55,982 nt of DNA from a virus (Duplodnaviria > Caudoviricetes), in the IMG/VR virus record IMGVR_UViG_3300046467_002171, positions 1-55,982 of that record. One strand, given 5' to 3'. Below the pieces are notes generated by a model. The model saw only the letters and a program-made list of their open reading frames with translations, had not been told where the DNA came from and ran no database searches. The translations under genes were made by a program, and so were the position numbers. Every line of letters starts with the position of its first letter. Positions within the stretch are counted from its first letter, which is position 1. This document shows, piece by piece, positions 18,733-28,309 of this stretch.

Positions 18733-18913
18733 TAAATACATACCGCAACATAAACGCCTTGCTATGGGGAAAAAAATAGTTCCTGAACCTATGTCCCATA
18801 GAGATCGGGAAAAAAAGGTGTTTGCCGACGGGGAGCGAACGATAAAATATCTCGGGAAATTGGTCGGACTGCGTGGAGGCGGTGCGGTGAAAAAAACCGG
18901 AATTAAAAAATAA
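18725..18913 (+). CDS. Small basic protein with LRGGGAV motif
   Basis: Overlaps both neighbours; K-rich. Confidence 0.6.
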   Translation: MDDKYIPQHKRLAMGKKIVPEPMSHRDREKKVFADGERTIKYLGKLVGLRGGGAVKKTGIKK

Positions 18914-19800
18914 TGGCTACGTCTGGGTCTATAAATTTCGAACTCGATGTAAGTGATTATATTGAGGAAGCCTTTGAACGGTGCGGCCTTGAAGTTCGTA
19001 CAGGTTATGATCTAAAAACCGCGAAGCGTTCTATGAACTTGCTTCTAGCGGATTGGGCTAACCGTGGCTTAAACCAATGGACCATTAAGCAGACCTCAAT
19101 AACCGTTGCGGCGAATATTACTGAATATCCTGCGGGCACCTTAACTATGACTGTGGGTTCCAGTTCAAGTTTTACGGTAGCTGAAACCATTACGGGAGGA
19201 ACCAGCGGGGCTACGGCCTCTATTACCAATCTTCCCTCGGCTACTTCAATGGCGATAACCATTCCGACAGGAACTTTCACCAGCGGTGAAACCCTTACGG
19301 GTGGGACGAGCGCAGCAACTACCACCCTTTCTGCTGCCGTGGATTTAACGGACGCACAGGGCACCATAGATATTTTATCGTTAGTGGTTAAACGAGGCGA
19401 TAACAGTTATGCCGCCGCGCGTTTAAGTCGGGACGGATATATTACGATCCCCAATAAAATAGAAACAGGTCGTCCTTCCCAGTTTTTCTTAGATAGACAA
19501 GTAACGCCTAATTTAAAAATTTGGCCTGCGCCTGAAAACAGTACAGACATTCTCATTTTTGATCGTCTTCATCGAATAGACGATGTTGACGATTTTACAA
19601 ATACACTTGGGGTACCTTTTCGTTTTTATCCCGCTTTGGCCGCAGGGCTTGCTTATTACATTGCCTTAAAACGAGCGCCCAATCGTATTCAAGTTTTGAA
19701 ACCGTTATATGAAGAAGAAATGGAGAGGGCTATGGTAGAAGATCGTGACCGAGCCTCGTTTAATGTCGTGCCTAGCCTAGATTATGCGAGATTTAACTAA
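18913..19800 (+). CDS. Putative head-tail connector/adaptor with internal duplicated insert
   Basis: IEEAFERCG...WANRGLNQW; GRPSQFF, IWPAP, LAAGLAYY. Confidence 0.65.
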   Translation: MATSGSINFELDVSDYIEEAFERCGLEVRTGYDLKTAKRSMNLLLADWANRGLNQWTIKQTSITVAANITEYPAGTLTMTVGSSSSFTVAETITGGTSGATASITNLPSATSMAITIPTGTFTSGETLTGGTSAATTTLSAAVDLTDAQGTIDILSLVVKRGDNSYAAARLSRDGYITIPNKIETGRPSQFFLDRQVTPNLKIWPAPENSTDILIFDRLHRIDDVDDFTNTLGVPFRFYPALAAGLAYYIALKRAPNRIQVLKPLYEEEMERAMVEDRDRASFNVVPSLDYARFN

Positions 19801-20102
19801 TGTCTCGTTATGCGGTTGGAAAACATGCGCGGGGAATTTCAGATAGATCTGGGTTCTCTTATTTACTTAGGCGTATGAAGAAGGAATGGACCGGAGCGCT
19901 TGTTGGCTATGATGAATGGGAACAAAAGCAGCCCCAGTTAGACCCAAGACGTAAGGTAGTGGACCCACAGGCTTTGAAAAATCCTCGTCCCGATAGAATC
20001 GAACCAATGGTGGTTTATGTGGATACGATTATTCCTGAAATAACTAACTTTAAACCAATCATGTCTGTGGGTCAGGTTGGAGAGGTGACGGTAGCGACAT
20101 GA
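19800..20102 (+). CDS. Conserved tail-module protein
   Basis: GISDRSGF, KEWTGALV, DPQALKNPRPD; translationally coupled. Confidence 0.7.
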   Translation: MSRYAVGKHARGISDRSGFSYLLRRMKKEWTGALVGYDEWEQKQPQLDPRRKVVDPQALKNPRPDRIEPMVVYVDTIIPEITNFKPIMSVGQVGEVTVAT

Positions 20103-20746
20103 GCTTTACTTACTCTAGTTTAAAGACCGCTATACAGGATTACACCGAAAACACGGAAACTACGTTCGTGACGCATATGGACGACTTTATAAAGTTGTCC
20201 GAAGAACGAATTTTAAAAAATGTCCAATTACAGCTTTTCCGTAAAAATGTAACGGGGACAATGACTTCTTCTAACCAGTATTTAGCTGCGCCGAGCGATT
20301 TTTTAGCTCCTTTTTCGTTATCTATCACAAGCAGCAGCGTTAAGGATTTTCTTCAATACAAAGACGTAAATTTTGTGCAGTCTTTTAACCCAAACAGTGC
20401 TACAACGGGAACACCTCGGTATTACGCACTGTTTGACATAACCAATTTTATTATTGGCCCAACACCGGATAGTGGATATACCACGGAAATGCACTATTTC
20501 TACCGACCCGCCAGTTTGACGGCTGCGGGAGACAGTGGAACAACGTGGTTGAGTGAAAATGCCACGTTGGCTCTTTTATATGGGTGTTTAACCGAAGCCT
20601 ATACCTATATGAAAGGGGAGCAGGATTTAATGGCCGAATATGAAAAACGATTTGGTGAATCTATGGTAGCTCTCAAGATGTTTGGAGAAGCCAAGGAAGT
20701 TACGGAAGATTATCGTGCGGGTATGGTTATTAGGCCGAAACAATGA
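20099..20746 (+). CDS. Putative tail adaptor / tubular protein A-like
   Basis: TYSSLKTAIQDY, GTPRYYA, GPTPD, LLYGCL.EA..YMK. Confidence 0.65.
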   Translation: MSFTYSSLKTAIQDYTENTETTFVTHMDDFIKLSEERILKNVQLQLFRKNVTGTMTSSNQYLAAPSDFLAPFSLSITSSSVKDFLQYKDVNFVQSFNPNSATTGTPRYYALFDITNFIIGPTPDSGYTTEMHYFYRPASLTAAGDSGTTWLSENATLALLYGCLTEAYTYMKGEQDLMAEYEKRFGESMVALKMFGEAKEVTEDYRAGMVIRPKQ

Positions 20747-21039
20747 TGGACGCCTTAAAATTAGACCTTCCTTCCGATTATTCCGTAGAGGTTCATACGA
20801 CAAATAATCGGGGCTTTACGCCGGAAGAAGTGGCGCACCACTGTGCAAACAAAATCATTTCTATATCCAACAATACTCATCCGGGTATTCAGGCACAGGC
20901 TTACGCCTTTAAGAGTCATATAGAAAAAACCATTGCTTTTTACATGCGGGAAGCCATTAAGAGTGATCGAACCACGGTCTATAACGCATTAACGGATGCC
21001 GGTCATCCAGAACTTGCTGAATCCATTAGGAGAATTTAA
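20743..21039 (+). CDS. Conserved hypothetical protein
   Basis: VHTTNNRGFTPEE; coupled to the upstream gene. Confidence 0.7.
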   Translation: MMDALKLDLPSDYSVEVHTTNNRGFTPEEVAHHCANKIISISNNTHPGIQAQAYAFKSHIEKTIAFYMREAIKSDRTTVYNALTDAGHPELAESIRRI

Positions 21040-21040
21040 C

Positions 21041-21475
21041 ATGGCTTTTACCGGAAATTTTATGTGTACGTCTTTCAAGCAAGAATTAATGGAAGCCAAG
21101 CACAATTTTTTAGCTAGCGGCGGCAATACCTTTAAAGTTGCCCTGTATACCAATAGTGCCTCTTTTACGGCAGCTACGACAGCTTACACGGCCACTAATG
21201 AGGTTTCTGGTACGGGTTACACTGCGGCAGGAAACACGCTTACCAACGTAAATCCTTCTACCAGTGGTACGACTGCACTTACTGATTTCGCGGATTCGAC
21301 GTGGACTTCCTCCACCATTACGGCCAGAGGTTCGTTGATTTATAACGACAGTGCCAGCGGAGATCCGTCGGTCATTGTTTTAGACTTTGGTTCTGATAAA
21401 GCATCCAGTTCGGGAGATTTTAAGATTGTATTTCCCGCTGCGGACGCCAGTAACGCGATCATAAGGATCGCTTAA
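21041..21475 (+). CDS. Tail structural protein
   Basis: AGGAG RBS before ATG 21041; FKVALYT, NEVSGTGYTAAG. Confidence 0.7.
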   Translation: MAFTGNFMCTSFKQELMEAKHNFLASGGNTFKVALYTNSASFTAATTAYTATNEVSGTGYTAAGNTLTNVNPSTSGTTALTDFADSTWTSSTITARGSLIYNDSASGDPSVIVLDFGSDKASSSGDFKIVFPAADASNAIIRIA

Positions 21476-22047
21476 TGGCCGCAATCACCGGTTGGGGTCG
21501 CGACACCTGGGGATCGGGGACATGGGGCGAAGCCGTTCCAGTTTCCGTTACGGGTGTTGCGGGAACCGGTGCGGTTGGCTCTGTAACAGTTGAGCTTAGT
21601 ATTGATGTTTCTGTAACAGGTGTTGCCGGGACCAGTGCGGTTGGATCTGTAACGGTTACTGAAGGAAGCGGTGTAACCGTTTCTGTAACAGGTGTTGCTG
21701 GTACAGGTTCGGTTGGGTCTGTAACGATTGAAGGTGATGCCAATGTAACGGTCACGGGTGTTGCAGGAACCGGTTCGGTTGGGTCTGTGACGATTGAAAG
21801 TGATGCCAATGTAACGGTCACTGGTATTGCTGGTACAGGTTCGGTTGGATCTGTAACGGTTGAAGGTGATGCTAACGTCAGCGTAACCGGCGTATCCGGT
21901 ACAGGAGAAACAAGCGGGGTTCTTGTTTGGAGTCTTATAATTCCAGATCAAGACCCCAGCTATAGTGAAATTAGCCCGAGTCAATCCCCCTCATGGTCTT
22001 CGGAGACACCTTCTCAAACGCCAGACTGGATAAAAATTGCAGCATAG
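21475..22047 (+). CDS. Repeat-rich tail/fibre protein (~20-aa VTGVAGTGSVGSVT repeats)
   Basis: About six imperfect 60-66 bp repeats; WG-rich N-terminus. Confidence 0.75.
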   Translation: MAAITGWGRDTWGSGTWGEAVPVSVTGVAGTGAVGSVTVELSIDVSVTGVAGTSAVGSVTVTEGSGVTVSVTGVAGTGSVGSVTIEGDANVTVTGVAGTGSVGSVTIESDANVTVTGIAGTGSVGSVTVEGDANVSVTGVSGTGETSGVLVWSLIIPDQDPSYSEISPSQSPSWSSETPSQTPDWIKIAA

Positions 22048-22057
22048 GACATGAATT

Positions 22058-23830
22058 ATGACCAGTACATACACAACTAATCAGGGCCTCGAAAAACCGG
22101 CAACGGGGGACCGTTCTGGAACGTGGGGAACCATGACGAACACCAACATGGACATGTTGGACAGAGCTATCTCAGGAGTGGGCGCACTCACTCTGACAGG
22201 CACAGCCACTACATTAACCACGTCAGATGGTTCTGCTTCAGACGGGAATTATAAGGTTCTGGTATTGGGTGGAAGCCCAAGTGGTACTAACACCATTACG
22301 TTAAGTCCCAACGACGGGGACAAACTGTATTTTGTAGTTAATGCCAGCGGCCAAAGCGTAATTTTTTCACAAGGCACTGGTGCGAATGTCACGATTGCCA
22401 ATGGTGCGGCGGACATCATCTACGCGGATGGTGCAGGAAGTGGAGCAGCCGTAGCAAGTTTGCTGGCTAATGACCTTGTTTTCGGCGGTACGGTTACGGT
22501 TGGAGTAGACGATACTGGCTATGACGTTAAGTTCTTTGGAGCAACTTCAGGAAAGTACTGGTTGTGGGATGAATCAGCAGATGGAGTTGTTCAGCAAGGA
22601 ACTCTTACGGTTGGAGTAGACGATACTGGATATGACGTAAAGCTATTTGGAGCGACTTCAGGAAAGTATTGGTTGTGGGATGAATCAGCAGATGGAGTTG
22701 TTCAGCAAGGAACTCTTACGGTAGGCGTAGATGATACTGGCTATGACGTAAAGTTTTTTGGAGCGACTTCAGGGGCTTATATGCTCTGGGATGAGAGTGC
22801 TGATGATTTAGTGTTGGCGGGTGCTGCTGGAATTGATCTTGCAGGAGATTTAGATGTTGACGGCACTACTAACTTAGATGTTGTAGATATTGATGGCGCA
22901 GTGGACATGGCAAGTACGCTTGCAGTTGCAGGTGCTTACACTGGCGGCGGTTTAATGACCACGGGGGGTAATATTGTTATTCCAGACGACGGCAATATCG
23001 GTGTGGCAAGTGACACAGATGCCATACATATAGGTTCTGAGGGCGGCGTGGGCATCGGCGTGGCGGCAGGGGACACGGTTCAGTTTCGCGTGTACAACAA
23101 CGAAACGGGGCATTACGTCGGATGGCTTAGGCAAGATAACGCTTCTTCCACCACATCTGCGCTTTATGTACAACAGGATGGAACGGGGTCGACAATCCAA
23201 GGATACGGAAGTGGTCATTGTGTTACAGGACAAACAACGAGCGCCGGACATGCTGCCGGTTATTTTCTCGCAAGCGACACATCCCATTCCGCACTCTTAG
23301 GATATTCAACAATCGGCGTTTATGGGACATCCATACAATCTGGGGGTGCAATTACCGGTGTAACCTTATCAATATCAAGTACTAAGAATTTTAGAATTTC
23401 ACATGGGCTTCGTGAAGGACATGACTTAGTACATTCGAGTATTGAAGGCCCACAAATAGACGTGGTCTATCGAGGGAAGGTCGAGTTAGTAAATGGTCAA
23501 GCATCCATTGATATTGATAGTCATTACGACATGACGCAAGGCACTTTTGAATGGCTGACAAAATCTGACAGTGTGCAGACATTCACATCAAACGAAACCG
23601 GCTGGGATGCAGTCCGTAGTTCATTTTCCGGCGATACCATCACAATAGAATGTCAAAATTCTTCCTCCACGGATACGATTTCATGGATGGTAATCGCGGA
23701 ACGTGGTGACCCGGATATTATGGAAAGCTCGACTACTGACAACGAAGGTAATTTGATCATTGAACCTGAGAGCGAACTGGAACTGGAACTGCCACCACCA
23801 CCCGATTTTGAACCACCACCAGAGGATTAA
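22058..23830 (+). CDS. Tail fibre/spike with 37-aa repeats and a possible C-terminal chaperone-like domain
   Basis: GLEKPATG...WG..TNTN N-terminal anchor; three TVGVDDTGYDVK repeats; KNFRISH...LVHSSIEGP...YRG. Confidence 0.75.
   Translation: MTSTYTTNQGLEKPATGDRSGTWGTMTNTNMDMLDRAISGVGALTLTGTATTLTTSDGSASDGNYKVLVLGGSPSGTNTITLSPNDGDKLYFVVNASGQSVIFSQGTGANVTIANGAADIIYADGAGSGAAVASLLANDLVFGGTVTVGVDDTGYDVKFFGATSGKYWLWDESADGVVQQGTLTVGVDDTGYDVKLFGATSGKYWLWDESADGVVQQGTLTVGVDDTGYDVKFFGATSGAYMLWDESADDLVLAGAAGIDLAGDLDVDGTTNLDVVDIDGAVDMASTLAVAGAYTGGGLMTTGGNIVIPDDGNIGVASDTDAIHIGSEGGVGIGVAAGDTVQFRVYNNETGHYVGWLRQDNASSTTSALYVQQDGTGSTIQGYGSGHCVTGQTTSAGHAAGYFLASDTSHSALLGYSTIGVYGTSIQSGGAITGVTLSISSTKNFRISHGLREGHDLVHSSIEGPQIDVVYRGKVELVNGQASIDIDSHYDMTQGTFEWLTKSDSVQTFTSNETGWDAVRSSFSGDTITIECQNSSSTDTISWMVIAERGDPDIMESSTTDNEGNLIIEPESELELELPPPPDFEPPPED
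22495..22805 (+). repeat. 111-bp in-frame tandem repeat (~2.8 copies)
   Basis: Near-identical DNA units encoding TVGVDDTGYDVK(F/L)FGATSGKYWLWDESADGVVQQGTL. Confidence 0.85.
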
Positions 23831-23832
23831 TT

Positions 23833-23994
23833 ATGAATTGGATCATTGACCGATTTAAAGAACCGTCAAGTTACGCAGCAGCAGGTGCTGTCGTAATCGG
23901 CATTGGAGTCATTACAAGTCAATCCTGGTTGATAATGCTAGGGACTGTCGGCGGTGCAGTAGGTTTTGTGCTGAAAGACAAAGGCGTGATTTAA
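23833..23994 (+). CDS. Small two-TM membrane protein, holin-like, 53 aa (MNWIIDRFKEPSSYAAAGAVVIG...), missing from the ORF track
   Basis: GAGG RBS; translated by hand; two hydrophobic segments. Confidence 0.7.
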   Translation: MNWIIDRFKEPSSYAAAGAVVIGIGVITSQSWLIMLGTVGGAVGFVLKDKGVI

Positions 23995-24040
23995 TGCTTG
24001 CGGATAACAGCATGTCGGGGCCGTGGGAATCCTGGATAGA

Positions 24041-25936
24041 ATGCCTTTAACCAAGCTACAATTTCGCCCCGGCATTAATCGAGAAATTACTTCCTACAGT
24101 AATGAAGGGGGCTGGTATGACTGCGATATGGTTCGTTTCAGATACGGTGTACCTGAAAAGATAGGGGGCTGGCAGCAGGATTCTTCCGCCACTTTTTTAG
24201 GGACCTGCCGTGCGCTTCATACGTATGTTTCCTTGGCGGGTAGTGTTTATACCGGCGTAGGCACCAATCTAAAATATTACATTTATTTGGGCGGCACGTT
24301 TAATGATGTTACGCCGTTGCGTAACACTACGTCTGCGGGGGATGTGACCTTTGCTCGTGTTGGCGTTGGGGATGCAACGCTTACGGTTACGGATTCAAGC
24401 CACGGTGCGGCAGCAAATGACTTTGTTACTTATTCCGGGGCAGCTAGTTTAGGTGGGAATATTATTGCGGCGGTTTTAAATCAGGAATATCAGATTGCCA
24501 CCATTACAGATGCCAACACTTACACCATTGAAGCGAAGGACACCGATGGAGATGCGGTATTAGCTGCCAGTGGTGACTCCGGTAACGGAGGTGGTTCAAC
24601 CGTAGGAAAATATCAAATAAATACAGGACTAGACTCTACCGTTCTTGGTACAGGCTGGGGTACAAGCACGTGGGGCCGTGGTACATGGGGATCGAGCAGT
24701 ACCCCCACAGTGTCTGACACTTTACGTTTATGGTCCCATGATAATTTTGGTGAAGACTTAATATTTAATGTTCGTAACGGAGGTATCTATTATTGGGACA
24801 CAAGCGCCAAGACACTGGGCGCTGATCGTGCTGTAACGCTTGCTTCGCTAGATACAGATTCCGCCATACCGACGGTTGCCAAACAGGTGTTGGTATCTGA
24901 CCGAGATCGTCACATCGTGGCTTTTGGTTGTGATGGTGAGACTACGATTGGCACGCAGGATCCTCTTCTAATTCGTTTTAGCGATGCAGAAAGTACGACG
25001 ACGTGGAATGCGTTAGCGACCAATTCTGCCGGGGAGTTACGAGTAGGGTCTGGGTCTGAAATCATCTGTGCCGTGGAAACCCGACAACAAATTATAGTGT
25101 TTACGGATTCTTCGTTACACGCTATGCAGTTTTTGGGACCGCCCTTCACTTTTGGCATTTCCCAGTTGTCGGAAAACATTACCATTATGGGACCGATGGC
25201 GACAAAGGCGGTGGACGACACGATTTTTTGGATGGGCCAAGAGGACTTTTATGTTTTTGATGGTCGCGTTCAGAAGCTCCCCTGCGCTGTACGGTCTTAC
25301 ATATTTGACGATTTTAATGTGGCCCAAAACCAAAAGGTTTTTGCAGCCCTCAACTCCACTTTTGACGAAGTCTGGTGGTTTTATCCTTCAGGGGATTCCA
25401 CAGAAATAGACCGATATGTGATTTACAATTATCAGGAGCAGGCTTGGTCCTATGGTTCCTTGGCCCGTACGGCATGGTTAGATCGCGGCATTAACGACTA
25501 TCCTTTGGCAACCGGCACGGATTACTATATGTATGATCACGAATATGGCTTAGATGATGGTAGTACAAACCCGCCTTCCGCTATTAGCTCCCATGTCGAA
25601 TCCAGTCAGATTGACATTGGAGACGGTGAACGGTTTGTGTTTATTCGCCGCCTAATTCCCGACGTAACGTTTGGCGGTTCGACGGCAACGTCTCCCACTG
25701 CTACATTTACTTTGAAAACACGGAATTTTCCGGGGGGAGCTTACCTAAGCTCTGACGATAGTTCGGTCACACAATCGGAAGCCGCCACTTCCACGGTAGT
25801 AGAACAATTCACCACTCAGGCGTTTGTGCGTCTGCGGGGGCGCTCTTTTGCCCTGCGTGTCGCCAGTTCTGAGGCACAGGTTCAATGGCGTTTGGGATCT
25901 CCGCGTGTTGAAGTACGACAGGATGGCCGACAATGA
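24041..25936 (+). CDS. Tail nozzle/stabilisation protein (tubular protein B-like)
   Basis: MPLTKLQFRPGIN start; beta-propeller-like repeats, IRFSD; size and position. Confidence 0.65.
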   Translation: MPLTKLQFRPGINREITSYSNEGGWYDCDMVRFRYGVPEKIGGWQQDSSATFLGTCRALHTYVSLAGSVYTGVGTNLKYYIYLGGTFNDVTPLRNTTSAGDVTFARVGVGDATLTVTDSSHGAAANDFVTYSGAASLGGNIIAAVLNQEYQIATITDANTYTIEAKDTDGDAVLAASGDSGNGGGSTVGKYQINTGLDSTVLGTGWGTSTWGRGTWGSSSTPTVSDTLRLWSHDNFGEDLIFNVRNGGIYYWDTSAKTLGADRAVTLASLDTDSAIPTVAKQVLVSDRDRHIVAFGCDGETTIGTQDPLLIRFSDAESTTTWNALATNSAGELRVGSGSEIICAVETRQQIIVFTDSSLHAMQFLGPPFTFGISQLSENITIMGPMATKAVDDTIFWMGQEDFYVFDGRVQKLPCAVRSYIFDDFNVAQNQKVFAALNSTFDEVWWFYPSGDSTEIDRYVIYNYQEQAWSYGSLARTAWLDRGINDYPLATGTDYYMYDHEYGLDDGSTNPPSAISSHVESSQIDIGDGERFVFIRRLIPDVTFGGSTATSPTATFTLKTRNFPGGAYLSSDDSSVTQSEAATSTVVEQFTTQAFVRLRGRSFALRVASSEAQVQWRLGSPRVEVRQDGRQ

Positions 25937-26232
25937 GTTCCAGAAGCCTTGTCCAGCCGCAATTTCCGCTTCCTCCGAATGCCTATGACGCTGCCTATAT
26001 GACGGAAATCGTGCGAGCCTTTTCCGTGTTTTTACAGCAGGTCAACAATCCCGGCGACTCACGGGCCACGACCCTGACCCTCACGAATCTCCAGTCGGAC
26101 GACTATAATCTGGAAACAGGCGCTCTTTTTGAGCAGGAGGCCTATATCAAAATCACCCTTGGGAACGTCTCCAATCCTCGCGGAAGCGAAGGTACGGGAA
26201 CCGTGGGATCAGTGACGGTAACCACTTCCTAA
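25933..26232 (+). CDS. Hypothetical tail-module protein
   Basis: ATGA coupling with the upstream gene. Confidence 0.7.
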   Translation: MSSRSLVQPQFPLPPNAYDAAYMTEIVRAFSVFLQQVNNPGDSRATTLTLTNLQSDDYNLETGALFEQEAYIKITLGNVSNPRGSEGTGTVGSVTVTTS

Positions 26233-26450
26233 TGGACAGACCGATCCTTTCTCTATCGCGTTGGCGGTCTAAGGACAGTTTTGATATAGTGCTTTGTGCA
26301 TCATGCGGTAATAAGGTTGATACACCTGCGGAAGTTGCTTCCTACCCTTCAGGTCAGTGTCCAGAATGTAAGCACCCGTGGACAGGGGCCGAGAAACGCA
26401 GCACAGCAATCTCGGTCCACGCTCCACGTGCCAGCAGAGGAGTGACATAA
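26232..26450 (+). CDS. Small zinc-ribbon protein
   Basis: CASC...CPEC. Confidence 0.6.
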   Translation: MDRPILSLSRWRSKDSFDIVLCASCGNKVDTPAEVASYPSGQCPECKHPWTGAEKRSTAISVHAPRASRGVT

Positions 26451-28309
26451 TGGCGTATGAACTTCCCGCTCAGGGGATCACCGGCATAAAAAAGGTTGCC
26501 GATCACCTTGCGGACTTTGGACGCTTTGGCGACGGCCATCTTGTGCATGCCTCGGAAGGGGAAGCAGTCGTTCCTTCGGCTGTGTTAAATGAAAACCCAA
26601 ATTTAAAAACCGCCCTGTTTACCCAAATGCGAGAGAAGGGCCTTGATCCTAATCGCTATATTGTGGGTGACGAACTTAATTCTATTAATCCGGTTACCGG
26701 CCAACCAGAATTTGGCGCAGTGAGGGATTTTTTCAAAGGCATTAAAAACGTCGTAAAGGCCATTGCGCCGGTTGTACTTCCCGTTGCGTTAAGTATGACG
26801 AAACTAGGCCCCATTTTTGGCTCTGCGGCGGGAACGGGCATTGCTTCGCTTATCGGGGGCGCTAGTCTTGGCAGGAGCTTAAAAAATTCTGTTATTGCTG
26901 GAGGCATTGGTGGACTCTATGCCGGTCTTCAAGGTGCGCGAGCTGGCGGAGGTTGGGAAGGCTTCAAATCGGGGGTAGGCAAAGCCCTTGGGCAACCCTT
27001 TGCAGCCCGCGTCCCACGCACCCCGGCTCCTATAGAAGAGCGGACTTTCGGAGAGTCCGAGCTAAGCCCCATAGATGTAAATGAGTATCTTACCCCAGGG
27101 GAATTACGAGTAGCGTCCGGGACAAACCCCATAACCGCAGCGGAGGCCTCATTACCTTTGGGCCAATTACAACCGCTAGGGAACTTTCCGAGTGACGGAT
27201 CGGACTTTCAACTTCAAGCACGGAGCCCGTTATTTGGACAGACTACGCCTCAGAGGGGTGTTTTTAGCACGGACCCGCCCGCGCCTCTCCTCAGTAGTCG
27301 TTACAGCGGGGCTAATATCCCCAGTACTCGTTACACCGGGGGTATCAGCGCTCGTGGCCCGGAAATGGGTCAACGGCTGCCCTTTGAGCCTAGAGTGCCA
27401 AGATCGGACTATTTGACCCCCGGTAGGACAATTATTTCGGGAGGCACATCGGGTTCCCCATCCTATACAGATCCCAATACGGGCGTAACGACATACGGCA
27501 TAGCCTCTGATCCTATACGTGCTGAAGTAGCACTTGGAACCCCCTATTCGGGGGAAGCCTTTACTAACCGTAATGCACTTGGCCTTAGAGGAATGGAATT
27601 AAAGCCCCCTTCTTTTCGATCACAGGCAGCCCCTATCGTAGATCGCTCTAAAACCCTTCCCCCACAGGGCCCACAGGCAGTTGGTGGTACCTCACAGGGC
27701 GTACAGGGAGACAGTGGCCGTGGCCGCTTTGCCAAGGCGCGGGACTACTTGGTCCGGGGCGGAAAAAACCCGAAGCAAGTGGAAGAGATTAAACAGGCCG
27801 CATTCGACAAAGCACTTTTGCGGACGGGTGACGTGAATATAGCGGACGAGGCTTACAATGCCGCCGGTCCCAATATGCTGGAAAAATGGGGGCCTTCAAC
27901 GGCTTTGGGTCTAGGTGCTGCGGGGCTCTTCGGTGCGTTTAAACCGGGGGAGGAGCCAGAGCCTGTAGATTTTTACGCTCAAATGGGGGGGACTTCAACG
28001 GACCGGTTAAGAGATAATCCCGGTCTATTTAGGGTAGGTGTCCCGACGAGAGCTTATACCCCCGCCACCCTCGAAGATATTAGATATAGCGCCGTGGGCG
28101 GCCCCATAAATCAAGATAATTTTCCTCGGCGTATTGGAGCTATTAACGGAGCGGGTACAGGCACGTCCGATGATGTACGCGCTATGCTGTCCGACGGGGA
28201 ATATGTGATGACGGCTAAAGCGGTACGTGGGGCCGGAAACGGAAACCGGAAACAAGGGATGCACAACATGTATAACATGATGCGCCAATTTGAAGGTCAA
28301 GCAGTCTAA
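26450..28309 (+). CDS. Internal virion/ejection protein
   Basis: GAGGAG RBS before ATG 26450; GRFGDGHLVH...NPVTGQPE domain; hydrophobic G/A segment; C-terminal AVGG...GTSDDVRAMLSDGEYV. Confidence 0.7.
   Translation: MAYELPAQGITGIKKVADHLADFGRFGDGHLVHASEGEAVVPSAVLNENPNLKTALFTQMREKGLDPNRYIVGDELNSINPVTGQPEFGAVRDFFKGIKNVVKAIAPVVLPVALSMTKLGPIFGSAAGTGIASLIGGASLGRSLKNSVIAGGIGGLYAGLQGARAGGGWEGFKSGVGKALGQPFAARVPRTPAPIEERTFGESELSPIDVNEYLTPGELRVASGTNPITAAEASLPLGQLQPLGNFPSDGSDFQLQARSPLFGQTTPQRGVFSTDPPAPLLSSRYSGANIPSTRYTGGISARGPEMGQRLPFEPRVPRSDYLTPGRTIISGGTSGSPSYTDPNTGVTTYGIASDPIRAEVALGTPYSGEAFTNRNALGLRGMELKPPSFRSQAAPIVDRSKTLPPQGPQAVGGTSQGVQGDSGRGRFAKARDYLVRGGKNPKQVEEIKQAAFDKALLRTGDVNIADEAYNAAGPNMLEKWGPSTALGLGAAGLFGAFKPGEEPEPVDFYAQMGGTSTDRLRDNPGLFRVGVPTRAYTPATLEDIRYSAVGGPINQDNFPRRIGAINGAGTGTSDDVRAMLSDGEYVMTAKAVRGAGNGNRKQGMHNMYNMMRQFEGQAV

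Noticed and set aside
22495-22805. Diversity-generating retroelement TR/VR pair in the fibre gene
   Set aside because: Repeats are tandem and in frame, differences are not adenine-specific, and no reverse transcriptase is present
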